Source: Flavobacteriales bacterium (GTDB lineage: Bacteria; Bacteroidota; Bacteroidia; Flavobacteriales_F; PHOS-HE28). Taken from it: a stretch of DNA of 64,000 nt. Position 1 is the stretch's first letter; every line of letters begins with the position of its first letter. Below, one piece after another: positions 51,544 through 63,600 of the stretch. The stretch lies in NCBI GenBank assembly GCA_044507815.1, contig JBIQIX010000014.1, positions 18,057 to 82,056 of the forward strand, read 5' to 3'. The position numbers and the translations under genes were made by a program. Below the pieces are notes generated by a model. The model searched no databases. It saw only the letters and a program-made list of their open reading frames with translations, and was not told where the DNA came from.

Positions 51544-52416
51544 TTAACGCGATTGCTCCAGGATCCGGAAGTCCTCCTTGATAAAGCCCATCTTCTTGTC
51601 GAAGAGCGCGGCCTCGTCGCGTTGGTACATCAGTTCGCCGGTGCTGGCATTGAAGATGCGGCGGAAGCACCACTTCGTCTTGTATTCGCCGGTGATCACC
51701 ACGTCGGCCACCGCTACGCCGGGCTGTTCCTTCGCCGCGGCGGCCATCAATTGGTTATGGCCCATCAGCTTCACCTTCTGCGTATAGGTCTCCTGTATGG
51801 CTTGCTGGCCCGGCAGGCTTTTGTCCAATTGTTCATCGGCCACCCACAATTCCATGTCCTTGATCAGGCGGTTGCGGCTGGCATACAGGCGGTCCGCCGT
51901 GGCCTTGTCGGTGATCTTGCCGTTCTCCACCTGGGCCAGGTAATCCTGCAGGCTTTTCACGTACACCTTCAGCATGGGGGCGCCACCGTTGTCCATCAGC
52001 TTGGCATCGATCATGATCGAGGCGATCTCTTGCGCCGGGGGCAGGTTCGTCACCACATCATCCTCCACGTTCAATGCTTCGCCCTTTTTCATTTTCCAGC
52101 CTTGCACCAAGGTCAGGAATACGGCCTCATGCTTTTCCTTGTCGGTTTTCCGCACTTTCATCAAGTAGGTCCTGGCCGGGTCGATCGGCGCGGTGGCCAG
52201 GTCGGTGGTGGTGCCAAAGTCGGGCGTGGCCGTGAATTTCCAGTCGGCCTTCACGGCCTCCATCAGGCCGCGGTTGTACGGGCTATCCTTGGCATCGCGC
52301 AGCACCAAGGTGGTGCTGGCCTTGGCCGCGGCCAAGGCCTTTTTGTCGAATGTGCCGTACTGGGCCATGCTGGCGGAGGAAACGGCGATGGCGGCGAGAA
52401 GAAGCGTATTGCGCAT
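51544..52416 (-). CDS. Hypothetical secreted protein
   Basis: Signal peptide MRNTLLLAAIAVSSASMAQ. Codon usage looks like that of neighbouring genes. No recognised domain. Confidence 0.7.
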   Translation of the reverse strand: MRNTLLLAAIAVSSASMAQYGTFDKKALAAAKASTTLVLRDAKDSPYNRGLMEAVKADWKFTATPDFGTTTDLATAPIDPARTYLMKVRKTDKEKHEAVFLTLVQGWKMKKGEALNVEDDVVTNLPPAQEIASIMIDAKLMDNGGAPMLKVYVKSLQDYLAQVENGKITDKATADRLYASRNRLIKDMELWVADEQLDKSLPGQQAIQETYTQKVKLMGHNQLMAAAAKEQPGVAVADVVITGEYKTKWCFRRIFNASTGELMYQRDEAALFDKKMGFIKEDFRILEQSR

Positions 52417-52523
52417 GTACAGGGCTGAAAGTTGGTTGTTGAAGGCTGGCCGGGTCCATGGCCCCGGTCCATCGGCGAAAATAGTGCCAAGCCCTTTGCA
52501 CCTTTGGCACCGGCTGGCGTAAG

Positions 52524-52880
52524 ATGAATGGAAGCATGTCGAAACGGGGGAGCGATGGCCTGCGCAGGCGGCTTGATGAGGCTGTTGTGCTGCGCCAGAC
52601 CGTGGAGCAGCTCCGCAAAGACCTCCGCGAGCCTGGCCTGGCCCTGCCCGCCACGGGCGAAAAGGCCTTTGAGGACCTTCGGGCCCAAGTACTGGCCGTG
52701 CTGCGGGCGCGCGAAAGCGAGGGCGGGCATGCGTTTGGACTGGTGATCAACCGGGTGGACCTGACGGAGCGCCAGCTCCAGCAACTGCTCAAGGGCGGAT
52801 TGAACGACCTGGCCGCTGCCGTGGTGCTACGCTGCCTGCAGAAAGTGCTTAGCCGCATGCGCTACGCGGGACTGGCTTGA
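52524..52880 (+). CDS. Hypothetical protein (118 aa, helical, Arg/Leu-rich)
   Basis: ATG-initiated ORF filling the gap before sucA. No recognised motif. ATG 52536 is an alternative start. Confidence 0.5.
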   Translation: MNGSMSKRGSDGLRRRLDEAVVLRQTVEQLRKDLREPGLALPATGEKAFEDLRAQVLAVLRARESEGGHAFGLVINRVDLTERQLQQLLKGGLNDLAAAVVLRCLQKVLSRMRYAGLA

Positions 52881-53111
52881 TGGAACACCATCGATGGCCC
52901 ACTTGCCCTTCAGCGCGGTTTCATGCCCTTTACGGTAACGCAGTAGATCTTGAAGCTTTCCGTTCTTCCGCTGGATATGGCCACAAGTATTCTCTTCCGG
53001 CAAGCGGCCACCCCGGCCCATTCGGAAAGTGCCGGGTCAGGCTGCCCGCGCCCGCCTTGGTGCAGCGAACATGGGCCGCCCCGCTTCCGTTAGAAAGGCC
53101 CCTGCCGTGGC

Positions 53112-53119
53112 TACCTTTG
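53112..53119 (+). promoter_or_regulatory. Bacteroidota-type -7 promoter box: TACCTTTG (sucAB promoter)
   Basis: Exact TAnnTTTG match 24 nt upstream of ATG 53143. It lies inside the longer ORF-track call that starts at 53029. Confidence 0.5.
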
Positions 53120-53142
53120 CAGCCCGGCATTCTTTTCCGGCC

Positions 53143-55950
53143 ATGGACAACAACAAGTTCCTCAGCAATATCGACCCTGCCGCGCTGGATGGCATGTACC
53201 AGCAGTACCTCGCCGACCCCTCCTCGGTATCGGGCGATTGGGCCCGTTTTTTCGACGGATTCGAATTGGCCCGCACACGCTACCCCGAGTTGCCGGGCCA
53301 GCCCGCCGCACCGGCGCAAGGCCCCGCCAACGAGCATGTGGCCAAGGAGTTCAAGGTACTGGCCCTGATCAACGGCTACCGCGAGCGCGGCCACTTGTTC
53401 ACGCGCACCAACCCCGTCCGCGAGCGCCGCACCTATACCCCCACGCTCGATCTGGAGAACTTCGGGTTGGGCCAGGAAGACCTTGATGTGGAGTTCGATG
53501 CCGGCTCCGAGATCGGCATCGGCCGGGCCACGTTGGCCAAGATCCTCGAGCATTTGAAGGCCACCTATTGCCAGAGCATCGGGGCCGAGTACCGCTTCAT
53601 ACGCGATGTGGAGCGCACCGAATGGCTGCAGCAGCGCATGGAAAAGGACCGCAATGCGCCGCAATTCACCACCGGTGAAAAGAAGGAGATCCTGCGCAAG
53701 CTGGGCCAAGCCGTGGTGTTCGAGCGTTTTTTGGGAAAGCGGTTCATCGGGCAGAAACGCTTCAGCCTCGAGGGTGGCGAAACCTTGATCCCCGCATTGG
53801 ACACGGTGATCGAGCATGGCGCCGACGCCCATGGCATAAGCGACGTGGTGATCGGCATGGCGCATCGCGGGCGCCTGAACGTGCTGGCCAACACCTTCAA
53901 CAAGACCTACGAATCCATTTTCGCCGATTTTGAGGGCCGCGACTACGAGGACAACTACGTGGAGGGCGACGTGAAGTACCACATGGGCTTCAACAGCTGC
54001 ATGGTCACCAACAAGGGAAAGGGCGTGAACCTGATCCTGGTGCCCAACCCCAGCCACTTGGAAAGCGTGGGCCCTGTAATGCAGGGGCTGTCGCGGGCAC
54101 TGATCGAAAAGAACCACAACCTCACACCGGGCAAGCTGGTGCCGGTGATCATCCACGGCGATGCGGCCATTGCCGGGCAGGGCGTGGTGTACGAGGTGGT
54201 GCAAATGGCCCGCCTGAAGCCCTACAACGTGGGCGGCACGCTGCATATCGTGGTGAACAACCAGGTGGGCTTCACCACCAACTACGTGGACGGGCGCAGC
54301 AGCACCTATTGCACGGATGTGGCCAAGGTGACCCAGTGCCCGGTGTTCCATGTGAACGGCGATGATGCCGAGGCCGTGTGCCATGTGATGAAATTGGCGC
54401 TGGACTACCGCCAGCAGTTCCAGAGCGACGTGTTCATCGACCTGCTGGGCTACCGCCGGCACGGGCATAACGAGGGTGATGAACCCAAGTTCACCCAGCC
54501 GATCCTGTACAAGTCCATCGCCACGCACAAGGACCCGCGCGCCATCTACAGCGAAAAGCTGCTGGCCAGTGGTGCCATTGAGGCCAGCGTGGCCGAGGAA
54601 ATGGAGGAGAGCTTCAACAAGCTCCTGCAGGCGCGCCTCACCGAATCGAAGGAACTGCCCAAAGCGGTGATCACCTCCTTCATGGCCGATCGCTGGATCG
54701 GGCACGAGCGGGCCACCGGGGAAGGCTTGCTGGCATCGCCCGCTACAGGCGTGAAAAAGGAATTGCTGCTCAACATCGCGGCCAAATTGGCCGAGGTGCC
54801 CAAGGGCATGAAGTTCTTCAATAAGCTCGAGCGGATCCTGCATGAGCGCGCCAAAATGGTGGCCGAGGACAGGCTGGACTGGAGCATGGGTGAGTTGCTG
54901 GCCTACGGCTCGCTGCTGTGCGAGGGCCACTCGGTGCGACTTACCGGCCAGGATGTGGAGCGGGGCACCTTCAGCCACCGCCATGCCGTGGTGAAGGTGG
55001 AGGACAGCGAGGAGGAATACATCCACCTGAAACACCTGCAGGAAGGGCAGGCCCTGATGCAGGTGTACAATTCGCCCCTGAACGAATATGCCGTGCTGGG
55101 CTTTGAGTATGGCTACGCACTGGCCACCCCGTCCAGCCTTACGCTGTGGGAGGCGCAGTTCGGCGATTTCGTGAACGGCGCACAGATCATCATCGACCAG
55201 TACATCACCGCGGCCGAGGAAAAATGGAACACCATGAGCGGCCTGGTGATGCTGCTGCCCCACGGCTATGAGGGCCAGGGTGCCGAGCACAGCAGTGCAC
55301 GGCTGGAAAGGTTCCTGCAACAATGCGCCGAGCTCAACATCATTGTGGCCAATCCTACCACGCCCGCCAATTTCTTCCACCTGTTGCGCCGGCAGCTGGC
55401 CTGGAATTTCCGCAAGCCGCTGATGGTGTTCACCCCCAAGAGCCTGTTGCGCCATCCGCGTTGCGTCAGCACCATGGATGAGCTTGCCGATGGCAGGTTC
55501 CACGAGGTGTACGATGATGCCACGGCCGAGCCGGACAAGGTGAGCACTTTGATCCTGTGCCAGGGCAAGGTATATTACGAACTGCTGGAGGCCAAGGAGG
55601 AATCCGCGGCCACGGACGTGGCGATCGTGCGGGTGGAACAGCTTTATCCGTTGCCCGCGCCCCAATTGGCGGCCATCTTCAAGCGTTACCGCAACGTGCA
55701 GGAGGTGCGCTGGGTGCAGGAGGAACCGCGCAACATGGGCCCGGCCACGTACATGAATGAACAGTTGCCCGGTGTGGAAGGTGCGCCGGCCATCGGCGGG
55801 CTGAAGATCATCTCGCGCCACGCCAGCGGTCCCCCGGCCACTGGAAGCGGTGTGCGCAGCGCCAAGCAGCAGAAGCAGTTGTTGGCCGAGGCCTTCGCCG
55901 ACCGGCCCGCGGCCCAGGCCAAGCGCAGCAAAACAAAGGTGCGTGCCTGA
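53143..55950 (+). CDS. sucA: 2-oxoglutarate dehydrogenase E1 component
   Basis: MDNNKFLSNIDPAALDGMYQQYL.., ..LINGYRERGHLF..TNP.., ..GMAHRGRLNVLAN.., ..HGDAAIAGQGVVYE.., ..LLPHGYEGQGAEHSSARLERFLQ. Confidence 0.97.
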   Translation: MDNNKFLSNIDPAALDGMYQQYLADPSSVSGDWARFFDGFELARTRYPELPGQPAAPAQGPANEHVAKEFKVLALINGYRERGHLFTRTNPVRERRTYTPTLDLENFGLGQEDLDVEFDAGSEIGIGRATLAKILEHLKATYCQSIGAEYRFIRDVERTEWLQQRMEKDRNAPQFTTGEKKEILRKLGQAVVFERFLGKRFIGQKRFSLEGGETLIPALDTVIEHGADAHGISDVVIGMAHRGRLNVLANTFNKTYESIFADFEGRDYEDNYVEGDVKYHMGFNSCMVTNKGKGVNLILVPNPSHLESVGPVMQGLSRALIEKNHNLTPGKLVPVIIHGDAAIAGQGVVYEVVQMARLKPYNVGGTLHIVVNNQVGFTTNYVDGRSSTYCTDVAKVTQCPVFHVNGDDAEAVCHVMKLALDYRQQFQSDVFIDLLGYRRHGHNEGDEPKFTQPILYKSIATHKDPRAIYSEKLLASGAIEASVAEEMEESFNKLLQARLTESKELPKAVITSFMADRWIGHERATGEGLLASPATGVKKELLLNIAAKLAEVPKGMKFFNKLERILHERAKMVAEDRLDWSMGELLAYGSLLCEGHSVRLTGQDVERGTFSHRHAVVKVEDSEEEYIHLKHLQEGQALMQVYNSPLNEYAVLGFEYGYALATPSSLTLWEAQFGDFVNGAQIIIDQYITAAEEKWNTMSGLVMLLPHGYEGQGAEHSSARLERFLQQCAELNIIVANPTTPANFFHLLRRQLAWNFRKPLMVFTPKSLLRHPRCVSTMDELADGRFHEVYDDATAEPDKVSTLILCQGKVYYELLEAKEESAATDVAIVRVEQLYPLPAPQLAAIFKRYRNVQEVRWVQEEPRNMGPATYMNEQLPGVEGAPAIGGLKIISRHASGPPATGSGVRSAKQQKQLLAEAFADRPAAQAKRSKTKVRA

Positions 55951-56028
55951 GTGTTGGAACCCCGGCAGGCCACTGCCGGAAAAGGAAAGTGATACCTGTT
56001 AGAAACCCATCCATTTGCCCCATCGAAC

Positions 56029-57357
56029 ATGGCCGAGATCGAAGTGAAAGTGCCCAGCCCCGGTGAAAGCATCAGCGAAGTGCGCATTGCACAATGGCTG
56101 GTGGCCGACGGCGATACCGTGAAGAAGGACCAAGTGATAGCCGAAATCGACAGCGACAAGGCCACCTTGGAGCTCAACGCCGAGGAAGCTGGAAAGATCA
56201 GCCTGCTGGCCGAGGCCGACCAAACGGTGAACGTGGGCGATGTGGTGGCGAAGATCGACACCAGTGTAAAGGTGGAGGAGAAGAAGGAGAGCGGCAAGGA
56301 ACAAGCGAAAGGGAAGGAAGAAGAGAAAGGAAAGGAAAAGGAGGAGGGAGGAAAAGAAGAGGCAAAAGCGAAAGAAGGGGGGAGTGATGGGGCGAAAGAG
56401 AAGGAAGATGGAAAAGTGAAGGCCCCGGCTGAAAAGAAGGATGGCGGCAAAAGCGATGGCGCCGCCCATGCCACCCCGGTGGCCAAGGCCATGATGGCCG
56501 AGAAGGGCATTGCCGGCGGCGACGTAAAGGGAACCGGACCGCAGGGCCGCATCACGCGTGGCGATGTGGAGGCCTATATCGCCGGCGGCCTGTCGGCACC
56601 CGTGCAGATGAACGGCTGGGGCGGAACGCGCAACAGCACCAGCACCAAAATGAGCACCCTGCGCAAGAAGGTGGCCGAGCGGCTGGTGAGCGTGAAGAAT
56701 GAAACCGCCATGCTCACCACCTTCAACGAAGTGGATATGAGCGCGGTAATGGCCGTGCGCGAGAAATACAAGGACAAGTTCAAGGAGAAGCATGGGGTAA
56801 GCCTGGGCTTCATGTCCTTCTTCACCAAGGCCGTTACCGAGGGCCTGCGGTTGTTCCCCAACATCAACGCGCAGCTCGACGGGGAGAATATCGTGAACTA
56901 TGACTATGCCGATATCGGCATAGCGGTCAGCTCGCCCAAGGGCTTGATGGTGCCGGTGGTGCGCAACGCGGAGAAAATGAGCCTGGCCGAGATCGAGAAG
57001 GCGATCAAGGAACTGGCGATCAAGGCCCGCGACGGCAAGCTGAGCTTGTCGGAAATGACCGGTGGCACCTTCACCATCACCAATGGCGGTGTGTTCGGCA
57101 GCATGCTCAGCACGCCGATCATCAACCCGCCGCAGAGCGCCATCCTGGGCATGCACAACATTGTGGAGCGGCCGGTGGCGGTGAACGGCCAGGTGGTCAT
57201 TCGGCCGGTGATGTACGTGGCGTTGAGCTACGACCACCGCATTGTGGACGGCAAGGAAAGCGTGAGCTTCCTGTACAAGCTGAAGGAGATGCTGGAAGAC
57301 CCCGCCAAACTGGTATTGGGCGGCAAGGATCCGGGCGAGATACTGGCGGGGCTATAG
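56029..57357 (+). CDS. sucB: Dihydrolipoyllysine-residue succinyltransferase (2-oxoglutarate dehydrogenase E2)
   Basis: Lipoyl domain ..[13 protein letters not shown]... Peripheral subunit-binding domain [14 protein letters not shown]....[14 protein letters not shown]. Catalytic ..[15 protein letters not shown]... Confidence 0.97.
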   Translation: MAEIEVKVPSPGESISEVRIAQWLVADGDTVKKDQVIAEIDSDKATLELNAEEAGKISLLAEADQTVNVGDVVAKIDTSVKVEEKKESGKEQAKGKEEEKGKEKEEGGKEEAKAKEGGSDGAKEKEDGKVKAPAEKKDGGKSDGAAHATPVAKAMMAEKGIAGGDVKGTGPQGRITRGDVEAYIAGGLSAPVQMNGWGGTRNSTSTKMSTLRKKVAERLVSVKNETAMLTTFNEVDMSAVMAVREKYKDKFKEKHGVSLGFMSFFTKAVTEGLRLFPNINAQLDGENIVNYDYADIGIAVSSPKGLMVPVVRNAEKMSLAEIEKAIKELAIKARDGKLSLSEMTGGTFTITNGGVFGSMLSTPIINPPQSAILGMHNIVERPVAVNGQVVIRPVMYVALSYDHRIVDGKESVSFLYKLKEMLEDPAKLVLGGKDPGEILAGL

Positions 57358-57653
57358 CCGCCTGCGGCCGATGGCAGCGGCCAGGATCGGTGCATTCGTG
57401 GTATTCCCAAGAAGGCCATTACCGTTAGCAAAGGTTAATGCGCCCAACATGGGCGTGTTGACAAGTGCCTGAATGTGCGGGAAAAGGCGTGGTGGGCACG
57501 GCTCTATGTTTGGCCTGGTCGTACACCACCCTCGGAAGGCAAGTGAATTCCTGCAAGGCATCCACAGGGCATGAAAGCCCGGCTTTATTAAGCGGACAGC
57601 AGCGGTGAACAAGGACTTGCAGGGCGGGACCGGCCGATCCTATATCCGCCTAC

Positions 57654-60600
57654 ATGGTTGATCAACTACCCCCCGCCCCGGCAACAAAATCCGAGAAACG
57701 CTTCTTCCCCGGCCGGGCATTGTCCTTCTTGCGCAACCTGGCCCTGGCCGCAATGGCCCTGCTTTTCTGGCAGGGTGAGGCGTATGCCACCCACGCCATG
57801 GGGGGCGAGCTTACCTACCGTTGCTTGGGCAACAACCGCTGGGAAGTGACCTTGAATTTCTACCGCGACTGCAACGGCGTTGCCGCGCCCACCAATTGCT
57901 CCAACGGGCTCGAGTTCAGGGTGCGGTCGGCCAGCTGCGGGGCCAATTTCACGCAGTGCTTCCCCAACACGCCCACGGTGGAGGTCATCACGCCCATTTG
58001 CCCATCGGAGACCGACCGCTGCGTGAGCTCCTCGGGCACGTACGGCGTTCAGAAGTACACCTACAAACGGGTCGTTGACCTGGGCAGCTATGCCAGCTGC
58101 AATGCCGACGATTGGTTCTTCTCATGGTCGCTGTGCTGCCGCAACAACGCCATCACCTCGCTGAACAACCCCGGCAACCGCGACCTCTACCTGGATGCGC
58201 GGCTCAACAAGGCCGCCGGTGCATGCAACAACTCGCCCACCTTCACCAACTCGCCCGCCGCCTTCTACTGCATCGGCGAACAGATCAGCTACAACCCCGG
58301 CGCGGTGGATGTTGATGGCGATTCATTGGTGTACTCCTTGATCGCGGCCCGCGGGGCCGGAGGAACCAACATTCCTTACAACAACAACTACTCGGCGGCC
58401 CAGCCCATACGCAACACCGGCGGGGCGAACGCCGTGAGCATCAATCCGCAAACAGGCACCATGACGGTTACGCCCAGCGTGATCCAGACCGCCGTGGTGA
58501 CCTACCAGGTGCAGGAATACCGCAACGGCGTGCTGATGGGCACCATTACCCGTGATGTGCAGTTCGTGGTCAGGCCCTGCGCGGGCAATTCCGCGCCAAC
58601 CGTCAGCGGCATCAACGGCACCTCCAACTATTCCATGCAGGTATGTGCCGGCACACCGGTTTCCTTTACGGTGAACAGCAACGACGCCAACGCCGGGCAG
58701 GCCGTTACCATGGGTTGGAACAGCGGTATCCCAGGCGCCTCGTTCACCGCGGCGGGCTCGCCATTCCCCACGGGCACCTTCACCTGGACCCCCACGGTGG
58801 CCAACATCGGCAACAACACCTTCACCGTGCATGTGGAGGACAATGGTTGCCCGATCAAGGGGACCAACGACTTCGGCTTCTCCATCCTGGTCACCCCGCC
58901 CGCCACCCCCGCGGACGCCGGCCCTGACTTCTCCGTTTGCGGCACCAGCGCAACCATGGCCGCGGTGCTGCCCTATTCCGGCCTGCAGGGCACATGGTCC
59001 GTGGTAAGCGGCAGCGGAACCTTCTCCAACGTGAACTCGCGCACCGCAACGGTCAGCGGCCTGGCACCCGGGGCCAATGTATTCCGTTGGACGGTGAATT
59101 ACCAGACCTGCGGCACCACCTCGGCCACGGTAACCGTTACCAGCTACAACAATGCACAGGCGGCGGCCAATGCCGGCCCTGACCAGCAGATCTGCGGCCC
59201 CCCCAACAGTGTGACACTCGCGGGCAACACCGTGGCCGCACCGGGCACGGGCACATGGAGTTTCGTGACCGGATCGGGAACCATCACCGATCCATCCTCG
59301 CCCACAACAACCGTAACCGGCCTGGCCAATGGCGTGAACCGTCTGCGGTGGACCATCAACAACGGGCCATGCGGCACCACGCAGTCGGAAATGACGGTAA
59401 CCGTGTTCAACAGCGCCCAAGCGGCGGCCAATGCCGGACCCGACATCAACATCTGCTCAACCACCAGCACGGTGACCATGGCGGGCAATGCGGCCACCGC
59501 ACCGGCAACCGGGTTGTGGACCTTGGTAAGCGGCAGCGGCACGATCACGAACCCCGCCAGCCGGAACACCACGATCACCGGGTTGCCCGTGGGCGTGCAC
59601 GTGTTCCGCTGGACCATCAGCAACGGGCCTTGCACCCCCGGCTCAACTTCCGATGAAGTGACCGTGACCGTCTATTCCAGCACAAGCCCCAACGCCAACG
59701 CCGGCCCCGACCAGCAGATCTGCGGCTCTGGCGGCACCACATTGGCGGCCAATACACCCATTGCGCCCGCCAGCGGTACATGGACAGTGGTAAGCGGGAC
59801 CGGGACCTTCGCCGACGCCAACAACCCGAACACGGCGGTTTCCGGCCTTGCCCTGGGGCCCAACGTATTCCAATGGACCGTGAATAACGGGCCATGCGCG
59901 AACGGGGTCACCACCAGCCAGGTAACCGTTACCACCTTCGATCCTGCCGTGGGCGGCGCCAACGCAGGCCCCGACCAATCGTACTGCCTGCCCACCACAT
60001 CGGTAACCATGGCCGCCAGCGCGGCACCGGCGCCCGCACAGGGCACCTGGACCTTGGTGAGCGGGTCGGGCACCATCACCAATCCCCATCAGCGCAACAC
60101 AACGGTTACCGGCCTTACGGTGGGGGAAACCGTGCTGCGCTGGTCCATTACCAATGGCCCCTGCATGGTCACCCCGCCGAGCGACGAGGTGTCCATCTTC
60201 ATTTACGACAACAATGCCCCGGCCGCCAACGCCGGGCCTGACCAACAATTGTGCACGCCGGCCACCGCCACGAACCTGGCCGGCAACACGCCTGTTTTCC
60301 CGGCCACTGGCCAATGGACCGTAGTGGCGGGCAACGGCACCTTCGCCAACCCTGCGGATCCCACCACTTTGATCACCGGTCTGGCCGTGGGCGTGAACAC
60401 CTTCCGCTGGACCCTCAACAACGGGCCATGCGCCAACCCGGTCACGCAGGATGAGGTTTCTGTTGTGGTCTACGACGCCTCCACGCCGGTGGCCCATGCC
60501 GGCCCCAACCAAGAGCTGTGCACGCCCACCAACAGCACCACCTTGGCCGGCAGCGCCGTGATCGCGCCCGCCACCGGGACCTGGACGTTGGTGAGCGGGA

Positions 60601-63600
60601 CCGGCACCATCGTTTCGCCGAACAGCCCCAGCAGCCAAGTGACCGGCCTGGCCGTAGGCGATAACGTATTCCGGTGGACCGTGCTCAACGGCAACTGCGC
60701 CAACCCGACAACCACGAGCGATGTCCGCATACGGGTGTTCAACAGCAGCAACCCGGTGGCCAATGCCGGCCCCGACCAAACGCTTTGCTCAAGCTCCAAT
60801 TCCACCGTGCTTGCCGGAAGCAGCCTCACCTATCCCGCATCGGGCATGTGGACCCTGCAAAGCGGTGGAGGCACCATTGTAACGCCGAACAGCCCCACCA
60901 GCGCAGTAACCGGCTTGCCGGTAGGGGTGAACGTGTTCCGCTGGACCGTGTCGAACGGGCCTTGCCCCAACGGCAACACCTTCGATGAAGTGGCCATTAC
61001 CGTTTTCGAGAATGCGCATCCGCCGGTAACGGCCACCGGCACCCAAAGCATTTGTGTGCCCACCTCGGCCAACACGGTAACCGTTACCGGGTCCACCCCG
61101 GTGGCACCGGCAACCGGGCAATGGACACTGATCAGCGGCAGCGGCACCATCACCTCGCCGGGCAGCCCGGTCACCACCATCACCGATATGGGCTATGGCG
61201 TGAACGTGTTCCAATGGACCGTGGCCAACGGGCCCTGTGCCTTCCCCCTGAACAGCGCCCAGGTATCGATATCCGTGTACAATGCAACCATGCTCACGGC
61301 CGATGCCGGGCCTGACCAAAGCCTGTGCACGCCCATCACCAGCACTACCCTGTCGGGCAGTGCGCTCATCGCACCGGGCACCGGCCACTGGACCGTGGTC
61401 TCGGGCACGGGAGCATTCGCCGATGCCAGCGATCCGAACACCACCGTGTCGGGGCTTTCACTCGGCAATAACGTATTCCGCTGGAGCGTGGACAACGGAC
61501 CCTGCGCCGCGCCCAGCTCCGATGACGTTTCCGTATCGGTGTTCAACGGAAGTGCGCAGCAGGCCAACGCCGGCCCCGACCAGTCGCTTTGCAGCACCTC
61601 GCCGGCCACCACCTTGGCGGCCAATGCGGCCATAGCGCCGGCCACCGGCTCGTGGAGCGTGTTGCAGGGCACGGCCACCTTCGCCAACCCCACCGTGGCC
61701 AACACCGCGGTAAGCGGCCTTTCCACCGGGGTGAACATCCTGGTGTGGTCGATCAACAACGGCGCCTGCGGCACCAGCACAGCCCAGGTGAGGATCACCG
61801 TGTACAACGATGCCAATCCCGTGGCCAATGCCGGTCCCGACCAGGAACTGTGCACGCCGGCCACGGCAACCACCCTTTCCGGCAGCAGCGTATTGGCACC
61901 GGCCACGGGCCAATGGACCCTGGTGAGCGGCACGGGCAACATCGTATCGCCCAACAGCCCCACTACCCAGGTGAACGGCCTGGGGCTGGGCCATAACGTT
62001 TTCCGCTGGACGGTGAACAACGGGGCCTGCGCCAGTGGCATCACCACGGATGAAGTGACCATCAGCGTATTCAGCGGCACGGCACAGGTGGCCAATGCCG
62101 GTCCCGATCAGGACCTGTGCACCCCGGCCAGCACGGCCAGCCTGGCCGCCAACCTGGCAGTGGCCCCCGCCCAGGGCACTTGGAGCGCCGCCGCGGGGAT
62201 CAGCTTCAGCGACATCCATTCGCCCTTGGCAACCGTGAGCGGCCTGCAAGTGGGCGACAACATCCTCACCTGGACCCTTGACAACGGCAGCTGCGGTACC
62301 ACCAGCGACCAAGTGAACATCCGTGTATTCGATGCCGGCCAGCCCTTGGCCAATGCCGGTCCCGACCAGGAACTGTGCAGCCCCGGCAATTCAACCACAC
62401 TGTCCGGCAGCCCGCTCATCTATCCCGCCACGGGCACATGGACCCTGGTGAGCGGAAGCGGGGCCATTGCCGATCCGTCAGCCCCTGCAACGGCCATTAC
62501 CGGCCTGGCCATCGGCCCCAACGTATTCCGCTGGACCGTATCCAACGGCGATTGTTGGACCAATAGCCAGGATGAGGTCACCATCACCTTGTTCGACAGC
62601 ACGGTAAGCGGTTCCGATGCGGGCCCCGACCAGCAGATCTGCACGCCCCGCTCGTCGGTGACCATGGCCGCCAGCGCGGCCCCCTTCCCGGCACAAGGCA
62701 CATGGAGCCTGGTGAGCGGCGGAGGAACCATCGCCGATATCCACAGCCCCACCACCGCCGTGACCGGATTGCCCGTGGGCGAGAACAAGTTCCGCTGGAC
62801 CGTTTCCAATGGTGCATGCCCGGTAAACCCGCCCAGCGATACGGTGTCCATCTTCGTGTTCGACGCCAATAACCCGGTGGCCGATGCCGGCCCCGACCAA
62901 AGCCTGTGCACCCCGGGCAGCTCCACCACACTGGCCGGCAGCAGCGTAACCTTCCCGGCGCAGGGCACTTGGACCCTGGTGAGCGGTGGCGGCACGCTGG
63001 CCAATGCCAATGATCCGCACAGTGCGGTCAACGGATTGCCCATCGGCGAGAACGTGTTCGAGTGGACGGTGCTCAATGGACCGTGCGCCGATCCGATGAC
63101 CAAGGACCGCGTGAGCATCTTCGTGTACGATGAAACGCAGGCCAGCGCCAATGCCGGCCCGGACCAAAGCCTGTGCACGCCGAACACCAGCGCAACGTTG
63201 GCCGCCAACGCGGCGGCCTTCCCGGCGGTGGGCACATGGAGCCTGGCGCAGGGCCAAGGCACCATCACCGATCCCGCCTCGCCCACAACAACCGTCACCG
63301 GCCTGGGCATTGGTGAAAACGTATTCGTGTGGACCATCGACAACGGCCCTTGCGCCAACGGCATCACCACGGACGCGGTGAGCATCTTCCTCTTCGACTC
63401 CAATACACCCAATGCGGACGCAGGCCCTGACCAAGAACTTTGCCTGCCCACCACCAGCACCACCCTGGCCGGCAGTGCGGCCAATTATCCCGCCACCGGC
63501 ACATGGACCGTGGTGCAGGGCACCGGCATCTTTGCCGACCAGCATGCCCCCAACACCGCGGTAAGCGGACTCTTCGTGGGCACCAACATCTTCCGCTGGA

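Noticed and set aside
52930-55821. 963-aa minus-strand ORF opposite sucA; also 55686..57237 opposite sucB
   Set aside because: It is antisense to clear 2-oxoglutarate dehydrogenase E1/E2 genes and has no recognisable domains. Shadow ORFs.
55962-55979. 7-bp-stem hairpin CCGGCAG-GCCA-CTGCCGG between sucA and sucB as a terminator or attenuator
   Set aside because: The stem is short and there is no T-run. sucA-sucB are normally co-transcribed. The evidence is insufficient.
61011-61060. Suspected frameshift or pseudogenisation of the giant ORF at the module lacking AGPDQ
   Set aside because: On careful re-reading the frame is intact (..FENAHPPVTATGTQSICVP..). The apparent shift came from my own mis-copy of one base. 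The ORF-track entry 61052..61315 is in a different frame.
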